Positions 11,383 through 22,100 of a DNA stretch of 64,000 nucleotides are shown here, in pieces. The first letter of the stretch is position 1. Each line of letters begins with the position of its first letter. This DNA comes from Geosiphon pyriformis uo1 (Eukaryota; Fungi; Glomeromycota). Location of the stretch: NCBI GenBank assembly GCA_016748015.1, contig JAAOMT010000384.1, positions 1-64,000 on the forward strand, read 5' to 3'. The position numbers and the translations under genes were made by a program. The notes beneath the pieces were generated by a model. The model made no database searches. It had not been told where the DNA came from and saw only the letters and a program-made list of their open reading frames with translations.

Positions 11383-13349
11383 TCGTGGTGAGATTTTGGC
11401 AGAGACTTCTGCCCGTTGGTCAGCTTTGGCTGATGGTTTCCCTGCTTTTGCTGTGTTGCGGGTTTTGTCTCAATGTTCTATTGATATTGGGCTGTACACT
11501 TTAGTGTACAAAGGGTTTGTGCTGAAGAAGTAGTATGAGGAAGCTTATAATGTTTTTGAGGATAGAAAGGTGGCCACTGCTTGGATTGTTGATTATGTCA
11601 GATTCATTGTTGGATTACATTATGCTAAAGTATGGTTGGCTAGAGCCAGCCACTGGGTGGTGATGGAAAAGGCTGGTCTGGTCTGTGACATTGGTGTTGT
11701 TTCTGGGCTCTCTTATGATGTGTCTTCGGTTTTATCTGACAGTGTTGTGAGATTGCTTGGTTTGGCCAATTCCTTTGCTGTTAGCTTTGGTCGTCAGAAG
11801 CCTTATTGTTTCTTTTCTGGTCTGGATGGCAGTGTGCGGATAGTTATAGATGTGTAGTGTTGCCTTGTCTGGTCTGAGTGGCTACCCACATGTAGAAAGT
11901 GCATGAGTCGCGTTTAGTTTGAGCCTCTTAGTTTGGTTCTATGTACTAGATAGCAATTGGGCTGCACTCATTAAATGGGTTAAAAAAAAATTAATAAATT
12001 TGGTAAATTAAATTAAATTAATCTATTAACTTTCAATTAATTCTTTTTAATTAATAAAAATTTAATATATATAACCAAAACTATTAAAATTAATAAATTT
12101 AAAACTGTTTTATTTATTTTGTTTATAAGTATTATTATTTATAAACTTGAAAATATTTTGAATAAAACCAATAAAAAAACTTGTATATTAATTATATTTT
12201 TATTATTGACAATAAAATAAAATATATTATTGTTTGTTTTAAATTTAAAAAAATTTTTGAATAAAATTTACTATATAATTTTTGTTTTAATAAAATCAAT
12301 TTATTATGAGTTAAATTAAATTTAATTTGTTATAAAAATATAAAAATTTTAAAAATTCTGAATTAAAATATAATTTTCTTAAAAATTACTATATTAATCA
12401 TTATTTTTTTAAGATTATTATTGTCTTATATTATAATTGAATAATTTATATTATTTTATAATTCTTTTACTAAATTTTAAAATCATAATAATAATTAATT
12501 TTAAAATAATAATAATTAAGAAATTGTTTTTCAAAATGATTTTTATTTAAATTAATTTGTAATAAAAACAAAATATTCTAAAATAATTAATTCTAACTAA
12601 GATATTTCTTAGTAAGATATATTTTTTTGAAAAAAAAACTTTTTTTTTATACAACTTATTATAGTATTATTTTATAATTTAATACTTTTTTTTAATATTT
12701 TGACAAATTAAAAATATATTTTATTAAATTACATATTATTTTTATGAATTATAGATTATTTAGTAAATTATTAAATATTTTATCAAATTTCTAAATATTT
12801 AATAAATTTTAAATATTATATAGTTTGAAATATTATATAATCTAATAATTCAATTTTTTGTTAGTAATAATATTATAATTAAAATTTATAACAAAATTTT
12901 AAACTTTTTATTTTTTATTATAAGTAAAAAATTTTTTATAAATTTTGGAATATATTTTGTTAATATATTTATAAAATTATAAAATTAATAATAACTAATA
13001 TTTTGTTTGAACTTTTTGTAAAACTTTGCTTTTGTAAATTTTAAATTGATTGTTTTTTTTAAACTATATTTAATTTTTTATTAATATAGAAATTAAATAC
13101 TAATTTTATTAAAAAATATTTAGTAATTAAATTTAAGTTTTTTTAAAAGTATTTATATAATAATTTTGCAAATTTTAGATAATTGGTTTTTATAAATTTT
13201 AATTTTGTTATTTTTGCTAATAGTTTTTAGTAATATTTCTATTTTTTGTAAAAATATATTTTACAAAAAACACCAAATATTTTAGTTAAATTTTTAGTAT
13301 TTAGTTAATTTTATAATTTAATATTATAATAATATTAATAATCTAAAAA

Positions 13350-13915
13350 GGTTAATAATTTGAAGATTTTTGGTAAATTAAATTTTTGTATAATAGATAA
13401 AAATTTAATAGTAATAGCAGATAATACTTGGTATTTTTTTTAATTAATTTTATATTTATTTTTGTATTTTTTACCAAGCAATTTTTACTATTATAATTTT
13501 AGTACTTTTTAATTAATTAATTAATAAACAAAAAACAAATAAAAAAAATATAAATTAATATTTTGTTAATAGTTAATATATAATAATTTTAATAATTGGA
13601 TTTTTATTGAATATTTTAATTATTAAATATTTAATTATTAAAATAACAATAATAAAAATAAAAATAAAAATAAGAAATTAAAAATTTTTTTTTCTTGCTT
13701 CTAAAGTTATTATTATATATATATTTTTTTGTAATATAAAATTTTTTAAAATTTTTTGTAATTTTTATGTTTTTTTTAAATTATTAATAAATTTTTTGGC
13801 ATTCTTAAAATTTTTAATATTATATGCTTAGATAATTTATACTATATTATTAATTAATTATATTATATTTTTATTTTTTATTTCTTTTTTGTCTTATTTT
13901 ACAAGTAATAATAAC
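13350..13915. repeat. Highly decayed repeat relics, probably derived from LTR elements
   Basis: 13440-13600 resembles 59235-59430 and, as reverse complement, 28680-28830 and 29770-30030; the reverse complement of 13780-13910 resembles 27060-27200. Confidence 0.5.
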
Positions 13916-13919
13916 TGGA

Positions 13920-14303
13920 ATTTTTTTTTAAATACTATTAAAAATAATATTAAAAAACTAAAAAAAAAAAATTAATTTGATTTTTATTTAATTAGTTTAA
14001 TTTTTAAAATTAAGTAATTTAATAAGCTGATTTGCTTTTAAAATTAACAATAATTTGTTAGAAAACATTATATTTAATAATACAACCAATGATTAATCTT
14101 AATTTATCTTAAAAAACATATTATTATTATTGTTATTTATATTAAAAAGAAGATTAGTTGTTATTATAAAGATTTTATTTAAAATTTTATCTAAAATTAC
14201 AAAAAAATTTGATATAATAATAACAAACATAAGCAATTATTGCTGTTTTTTAAAGTTTTTAACTTTTTTAGCTATTTGTAAAATAGTAATAATACTAATA
14301 ATA

Positions 14304-14359
<56 letters not shown>

Positions 14360-14700
14360 CCAGTTTATTAATTGGCTTATTATTAAAAACTCTAAGACTT
14401 TTAGAAAAAATATAAACAATACTAGAACTAATCTTAATGTGTTTTTTGTAAAAAAACTCTGATTAAAAAAAATTACCAATTAAAGATGAAAAAATATTTT
14501 AGAAATAACCAAAAACAGCTTTTTATTATTAATATTTAAAAAAAAATGTTATCAAAACATTTTGTTTAACTGTTTTAATAACAGAAAAATTCTTTCTTGT
14601 TGAAACTTTATTAATTATTATAAGAAAAGCAATATTTGAAACTTTTTTATTCTTTGCTTTAGTTATAGTCATAAAATTAGAATAAAAAAATAATATTTTA
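13920..14700 (-). mobile_element. ORF1-only element, copy H4 (5' portion, heavily decayed)
   Basis: Reverse complement TAATTTTATGACTATAACTAAAGCAAAGAATAAAAAAG matches the H2 start TAATTTTATGACTACAATCAGAGCAAAGAGTAAAAAAG; collinear to about H2 position 35690. Confidence 0.75.
14285..14358. repeat. (AAT)n microsatellite inside H4
   Basis: Direct reading, about 24 triplets with a few AGT/ACT interruptions. Confidence 0.95.
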
Positions 14701-15426
14701 ATTACAAATTACTACATATAAATATTCATTAATTTTTTTAAATTGTTTTAGTTTTTAGATGTTAAAATTTTAATGTAATATATAATTATTTGAATAATTA
14801 ATTAAAAATATAAAAAAATACATTAATTACATTTTTTAAATTTAAATATTATGTATGTTTTTTTTGTTTTTTTTATTTCGCAATAACGAATATGGCCCAA
14901 CCACTACCTATTATAATATGGTAAAAACTACCCTAAAATAGGTGTCGTTCATGCCTTATCAATAAAATAATTATATATTAAAAAAATATTATTTCATTAA
15001 CATAAAAAACAATAAATATATAGTTTTTCAAGATAATTTTCTATTTGGTATAAGAAATAATTTATTTTCACAATCTATAATTATTTTTAATTAAACAATT
15101 GAAATTTTAGATTACTGTTCCACCAAACTTTAATTTCTTAGAGTACAAACCGCGATAAGATATGGTGGGAAAAATTTCCTTTTAAGATTATGGTTTTCTC
15201 TACAGGAGAATTGTTGCGAGACCAAAGGCTAATATCTCATTTAATGATCTATTTGCTAAATGGATTCCCTCGTAAATCTAAACAAGATATTTTGAGAACC
15301 CGTTTTAACACAATATGATAAATTAATTAAAATTTTTACCCACTTGGAAACTTTTATCCAAAAAAAAAGAATTACCGAAACAAACAATAATCCCAATAAA
15401 ACTATTCCTTCATATACTATTTTAAT

Positions 15427-16932
15427 TTATTCAACTTTCACGGTAAGACTAGTAGGAAGTTCTGGTGGTGCTGACTCATTTGGATTTTCTTGACGTATTA
15501 TATCGGCGGAAGATCGTTCGGCCTTTTCTGTGATCGAAAGTAGAGAGCGTACGTCCTCTTCTGGTAATTTTCGTGCATCCTTTGCGCTAAGTCCCTTCAA
15601 ACCAAAAGGATGATTGAACTCATTGAATACCCATTCTTCGATTGAGGGGGGAGGTCGAGAGGTAACTTTTGCAAGTTCATCATTAAGGGTTCTAATATCA
15701 TAAAAAACATCAATGATTAATAATGATAAGTGAAGCAAGATTAGCAGAAAAAGAAATTAAATCAAAGAGTCAAGCAACTCAATCCAAAATAATTCCTCAT
15801 CAATACTTACTCGCAGAAATGATCCAAATCCAAGTCATTATCGTCACGACCAAAAGGATTTTCAATTTCTCCTCCAATTTTTTCAATACCAAATAATACC
15901 AAGGAGCAAAAGAAAACCATGGGTATGGTAACCCAATGAAGAAGAGCAACAAATTGAAATGGTAAACTCAGACAATAAATCCAAACAGTTTGTGATAAGT
16001 GAATCGAGTAAGCGAGAGGTATGGGGGTGTATAAGATTCGTTCAAAAGTTGATAAACAATCAACCATCGTATTAATCCCATTAAACATTGCCGTGGTAGT
16101 TGGAGCATCAATATTTTTACGATCAAACGAGGTTCTTACATAAGAAGATAGGTAAAGAGAAATTTCCAAAGGAATATTATAATTATTTGGGTCACAGCCT
16201 TCTTGCATTTTGGTATGAGATTTATGTGGTTTAGGACTTCGCGTAGATTCTGAACTGATTCGTTCAGTTACTTCCGACACATTCTGATCAGGACTTGGAA
16301 GTCTTGATTGAATGTTTGTAATAAATGGTTTCAACTCTTCATTACCCGTATTACATTCGTGACGAAGATAAAGTTTTGTTGCAATGGCGAACCCCAATAA
16401 TAAATTTATAGCTGTTTTTTTTTCCAACATATCTTCCGTACTATCTCCATGAACATTCACCCAAATTGCTCGTGATACACCTCGTATAGATGTTACCATG
16501 TTTGACCAAGTACAACGAGCTGCCCAATATCTTTAAAATGAAAATGAAAGTGAGAGTGAGTAATGGTGATGATTATGATTTTAAAATTAATGGGAAATGA
16601 TGGCATGGAAATCAATACAATGTAACGGTTTATACAATAAAAGATAAATACCTATCATAAGCGGTATTAGTACGATATGTTAAAAGTAGACCGACCACAA
16701 AACCAAGGACGGGAACCAAAGTTGATTGGATACCCAATCGTAATTTTGACTTTTCGAAAGTAGCGGTAACAATGACTGCAAGAGCGGTGCAAACTAAGGC
16801 GGAAGGCAAAGCTCTTTTAATAGCTGAACCATGCCATCGAAGAGCGTTTGGACGCATACGATCTTTGTACGGATTATAAATCTTAATCCTACGATTTGTT
16901 AGAGGCATTGTGGTGGTTGGTTGGTATGCCAT
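15427..16932 (-). CDS. Bestrophin/UPF0187 (YneE-like) chloride channel family protein, 3 exons (16932-16652, 16530-15811, 15691-15427), 421 aa
   Basis: Motifs GFVVGLLLTYRTNTAYDRYW, ERILYTPIPLAYSIHL, GIEKIGGEIENPFGRDDNDL; introns 16651-16531 (GTATTT..AAG) and 15810-15692 (GTAAGT..TAG) splice in frame to 1266 nt. Confidence 0.93.
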
Positions 16933-17193
16933 GTTATTGTGTTGTTCTGTTCTGTTATTGTTATTGTTATTGTTTTTATTTTTTATTTACTACTCAATCG
17001 CCCGGAGTGAGGTGAAGCTGTTACTGATAAGAAAGGTTGAAAAGGTACAAAGTTCAACTACCCTTTTTATTATTATTTTTTTGTAAATAAGTATCATAAT
17101 CTGAAACTAACACAAAGTTGATCATAATCAAGAATAATACGCATTTAAAGTGACACAAATTAAATAATATTAATTTTGCGACAATGATAACTA

Positions 17194-17625
17194 AACTCGA
17201 CGGGAAAAAGACCTGGGACACTTTATTTTATTTAATACTTAATAACTAGTTGGTCCACCCTCCTTTCTAATACATTCTTCAATACGTCTAGATACACTAG
17301 TAACCAGATATTTCGTGGAATTGCTTGCCATTCTTCTTGTAACGCGAGGAATAATTTGTGATTATTTTCGGGGGGGGGGGATTTCGTTTTTTGAGTTGTT
17401 TTTGTAAATAATCCCATAAATGCTCTATTGGATTCAAATTGGGTGATTATGCTGGCCATTTAGAGATGTTTCTAAGCCATCCAAGTCTTTAACATCTTTA
17501 GTTGTATAAATTGGGACATTATCTTATTGAAATAAATAATAGATTCCTTACTATTTATAGATATTTTTATCATTCATGGGAACACAAAATAATAAAAATG
17601 TAAAGTATCCCATGACTTTTCGTTT
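17194..17625 (-). mobile_element. Internally deleted Tc1/mariner (DD34E-type) transposon remnant
   Basis: Minus strand reads FQ*DNVPIY...KWPA*SPNLNPIEHLWDYL...LQEEWQAIP...RIEECIRKEGGPTSY*; imperfect inverted termini AAAAAGACCTGGGACACTTT (17205-17224) and AAAGTATCCCATGACTTTTC (17602-17621). Confidence 0.85.
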
Positions 17626-17639
17626 AAAACCGAGACCCT

Positions 17640-18260
17640 GAATCTTAATTAGGTTAAAAGTTTATTATTTGTTAAAGCTTTAATCGGTTAACCACTTAAA
17701 AAAGTTTTAACCAGTTAAGATTTTTATCAAAGTGGTTTAACCACGGTTAAATAATACTTGCCATATTTAGAAATAGATTAAAAAATTATCATAACAATAA
17801 TGTCTCGAAAAAAAAACACTCGCAAAAAGAATAGTCCAGTCTTTGAAATTCTTTAAGCTATGAACCAACATAGCGAAAGATTTGAAAAAAAAATGTCAGT
17901 AATAGTAAAATCAATGAGACAGTTCAAAGACGAGATTCTTCTTCTGTATTGGAAATTATAGCGCGTTATTATATTTCAATTCCAGCAAGTTCTGTTCCTT
18001 CTGAACGTCTTTTTTCAGTAGCTGGAAATACTTTAACTGAAAAACGTAACCGACTTAGTCCAATAACTTTTGTCTGATATTCTTTTTCTTCCTAAATAAA
18101 ATTCAAATTTTTTTTTGGCAGTATATCCTAAATAAAATTAACATATTACGTTTTATATTATTATAAATCATATATTTATTATTTAGCCAATTATAAATTA
18201 ATTTCTATATAGGGAAATTAATCAAATAAGTTAAACCGATTTTAACCATTTAATTTAATC

Positions 18261-18265
<5 letters not shown>
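17640..18265 (+). mobile_element. Internally deleted hAT transposon remnant (C-terminal dimerisation domain)
   Basis: 17945-18075 reads [39 protein letters not shown]; GGTTAA/TTAACC subterminal-type repeats on both sides; exact termini not resolved. Confidence 0.8.

Positions 18266-18300
<35 letters not shown>
18264..18300. repeat. (AAT)12 microsatellite
   Basis: Direct reading. Confidence 0.95.
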
Positions 18301-19169
18301 TAAAAGTTTTTATTAAATCTTATTTTTTTTAATAATAATTATTAAAAAATTATAAAATAAAACAATTATTGACTTAAAAAAACAAAATTACTAATTAAAA
18401 ATTATATAAAAAATTTAATTAATTTTGTTTTAAATATATTATAAAAAATAATAACTTTCTTAATTGACAAAAAAAATTTATAAAGTTTTTTTTCATATTT
18501 TTATTTTTAATATTGTTTTTATTAATTCTAATTTTTAAAATTTTTTTTTAAAATAAAAATAATTACTTTTTTAAAATGTTTTTTTTTTAAGTAATATAAA
18601 ATTAAAATAATTTTTAGCTGTTATTAAAACACTATTTTTGGTTTTAAATAATAAAAATAAAAGAAAAAAAGTATTTAATAAGTTTAAAATCTAGTTATTT
18701 AATAATTTACAAAAAACAAAGTATTATTAAATAATTAACAAAAATAACAAAATAAAATACATAAAAACAAGTTACTTTTTGTTTACAAAAATTTTATAAA
18801 ATTACTTTGAAAAAAAAATTAAAATTATTACATAATTATATTCTAATAAAATTAGCTTTTAGTTTTTATATTTATAAGTAAATACAACAAATTTAAAATC
18901 AAAAAAAATACAAATTCTATAAAACAAAGTTTTTACAAAAAACTTTAATATTATATTAATAAATAAAAAATATCTTAAAAAAACTTTTTATTAATACTTA
19001 AAAATATTAGAAAAAACTTTAATTGCAAATTTAATAATTATTTCAAAAAATTATTTTATTTATGTAAAAAACAATAAATTATTTTATTTAAAAAATTATC
19101 TTATTATTAAAATTATCATTTTTATTATTATATTTTAAATTAATTGATAATTAAAAAAAAATTTAAAAA

Positions 19170-22100
19170 CTTTTTTTTCTCCTATATCCAAAATTCTCTA
19201 AAGAGCAATTTTTTAAAAAAAGAAGTTTTTGTTTTTAATTTTTTAAGTTAATAATTTTTTTGTAGACTTAAAAACTGCTTTAAATAATAATATGTCCAAG
19301 AAAAAAGTGCTTAAAAGAGCTTTCTATAGTCTTGTTAATGGTATTTTCTCTCAGAAAAAAAGAGTATCTGTGAATAATATTAAGTATTTTAGTAATAAAA
19401 GAAAAATCTTTTTGGTTAAATCTGGTCTTGATAATAATATATATTCAGATATAAATAGTGATTCAAGTAATAATAAAATTAGTAATGTTTTAATAGGGAC
19501 TGGTAGTGGTTTTTTTCTTGGCTTAACTGTAATGACTTTTAAAGTTAAAAAATTTAATATTAATTTAAATTGTGATTTCCTTATTAATATACTTAACTAT
19601 AAAATAGATAAAGATAAGAAATTCCTCTTTTTTTTTCTTAATATCTCTTTGGAAAAAAAGTGAATAGATTTCAAAATTATGAAAACTCAAGTGAAAGTAT
19701 TTGTTAAAAAATTTTTTGTTTTAGATATTAACTTTTTAACAGTTGAAAAAAAATCAGTAACAATAAAAATTCAAGTGGTTAAAAAATTTTTTTTAACAAT
19801 TAATGGTTTTGGAAAAGTTATTATCTCTTTAAATTTTAAAAAAATTATTAGATTAATATTTGTTTCAGAAGAAAATATAAATAAGGCTGTATTATTGACT
19901 AAAAAAAGAAATTAAAATAAACAATAATTTTAAAAAACAAAAAATACACTTAGATTGGGCTGTGATAATTAAAGAAATTTCCATAAATATGCCAAAAAAA
20001 ATGATTACTACTATAATATCCAAATATAGTCAAATTGTGTTTATTAAATTGTAACTTATTGTACTATAACAGAAGATTATAATAGAATTTACCAAATTAG
20101 CTTAAACAGATTAGTTGACAATAAAGTGGTCATTCTTAATCAAAAAAAATTCAGTACATATAGCCAAAGCCATAAAAGATCATAATTATTAAATGTTAAA
20201 AAATTGGGTTAGAGTACTTTTGTTTACTTTGCCAATAGGAACAACTGTTTATAATCTAGGTAATTTATTAAAAAAAGCTGGTAGAAAAACTTGTATTATC
20301 AATTAATCATTTAATACTAGCAATAAAATTTATTGTGTTGTGATTGGTTTTAAAACAAATAAGAAACTTGAATCTGCTTTTTACATAAAGTTAATTTTTG
20401 GTAATATAAAACTTTCTTAGATTAAGTTAAATTTGGTTTATTGTAAAAAGTGTGGGCATTTTAGATATTTGGCTTTAAGTAATATATCTAACATATTTGT
20501 TTTGCTTTTTATAAAAATTTATAAAAAAGTTGCTTCAAAAAAAGATTATTTTTAGTTGGCCAAGTTATATGTTAAAAAAAGTGGTTCTATTTTCTGTCCT
20601 ATTATATTTGGCAGCAAATCTTAGACTTAAATAGGTTTACTTGTTGTTTTTTTTAATAATACTTGCTCTGATTTTGGTTTTGGTTTTTTTTTGGTATATT
20701 ATATGTTAAAGAAAGTCTTTTGGTTATTTAAGACATTTCATTTATTAGTGTTTATTTGGCATTTTTGAAGTGTTTCTTAGAGCTTTTGGCAGATTAAGTA
20801 TTTAGTATTATGTAAAAATTAATCTTTATAAATTTGATACTTCTGACATTTGTTTTTTAATTTTTTTTTCCTATTATATCTGTATTATCAAATTTGAATT
20901 TGAATTTAGATATGGTTTTAAATATGGTTTTGGATAATCTATTTGCATTATTTGTTTTTTTTTCAATTGTGAATAAAAAGATCTTGGATTTGAATTTAAG
21001 TAAATCAAAAATTTTAACCACCAAAATAGGCAGCTTGAAATCAAAAATAATAGTTTTTAAAGTTTTAGTTAATTTAGTATTGGTAAGATTAGATTAGTTA
21101 TATGTTGATTTAGGTTCTTTTGTGATTGTTTTATCTTAATAATTAATTTGATATGAAAAATTGCTATGTATAATGTTCATAATATTAACGTTTCTATTAA
21201 ACAGAAAAACATAGTTTGTTAACATATAGAATTAAGTAATATGATTTTTATTATTATAAAAACAAAATTAAAGTTTTATATTAAGTTATAGATAGTAAGT
21301 AAGTTTGATAAGATAAGAATTTTTACATTTGGTTTGAACAAAATTTTTTTTGGTACAAGAGTAACAATTATTATAAATAATTATCTGGCTTGTTATGTTT
21401 TAGAGATAAAAAAAATTTCTGGTTAAATTATTTTAATACAGCTTTTGTTTAAAAGTAAATTATTAGTTACAATTTTGGGTTTATATACAAGTGTTTCTGC
21501 TGAAGCTAGGTTTGGTCAAGTGCTAAAGATCAATTTCTTCATTGTTAAGACTATTAATTCTAGTATTTTTGTGGTATTGGATGGAAATTTCAATGAAAAC
21601 AGTTCAAAAAAAAGTATAAATTTTAAGTTTTGTGTGGATTTAGACTTAATTAACTTATTTAATAGATATTTATTAGCCAAAGTTCATATTTAGAGTAATT
21701 TTAGGAGCATTAAAAAAATTATTAATTTTATTTTTGTGAACTAAAACCTGACATTTGTGGTCACTGGTTATGAAATTGACATTGTGTTTAAGTTTTTTGA
21801 TACTAATTACAAAACTGTTTTAGTTGCAGTCAGCTTGAATAATTTTTTAAATGTTTGTTTTAATAGTGATTGTAAACAGACTAATAAGAATAAATAGAAG
21901 TTCAAAATTAAGAATGCTAAGATTAATAAATAGTTATAATTCAAGGAGTGTTTGTTGAACAAATTCTTGAAAAAAATGGTTGGATTTAATAATGCAAAAT
22001 GTTGTGACAATTTAAACATTATGTGGAAGATTCTGAAGGAAATAGTGGTAAATTTTGCTAATAAAATGTTTTTTAGACTTTGGTTTAGTAAGTTTGAATG

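Larger units (their letters stand above)
6405..11857 (+). pseudogene. L1 ORF2: AP endonuclease, reverse transcriptase, RNase H, C-terminal CCHC
   Basis: APE motifs TCNVRG, ITETK, GGDFN, TIDYI, DTNH; RT motifs LQDMQKAYDSV, GLDQGEVFSPLLW, FVDD; RNase H VFTDGS...LQA...LDSQ; CLFCNEMEFSDHVFTC; in-frame stops at 8415, 8754, 9357 and 11531, deletion near 10128. Confidence 0.95.
4330..11990 (+). mobile_element. Full-length non-LTR retrotransposon L1 (ORF1, then ORF2 APE-RT-RNase H-zinc knuckle); least decayed copy
   Basis: Pyrimidine-rich 5' end, two overlapping ORFs, shared 3' terminus 11871-11975 and poly(A) 11982-11990; interrupted by a TG..CA insertion at 10511-11382. Confidence 0.95.

Noticed and set aside
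8415-11533. Stop-codon readthrough or an alternative genetic code in the retroelement ORFs
   Set aside because: Stops fall at different positions in different copies and all derive from CAR/TGG/CGA-type codons by transitions; host genes use the standard code
4293-12025. ~30-bp TSD flanking L1 (TTAATAAAATTGG.. vs TTAATAAATTTGG..)
   Set aside because: The mismatches are transversions in very low-complexity AT sequence and the match is not flush with the 5' end, so chance is likely
14130-14479. Poly-Ile membrane-protein ORFs (also 27048-27272, 31488-31670, 33428-33649)
   Set aside because: Products of microsatellite or AT-rich relic sequence with I/K/F/L/N-dominated composition
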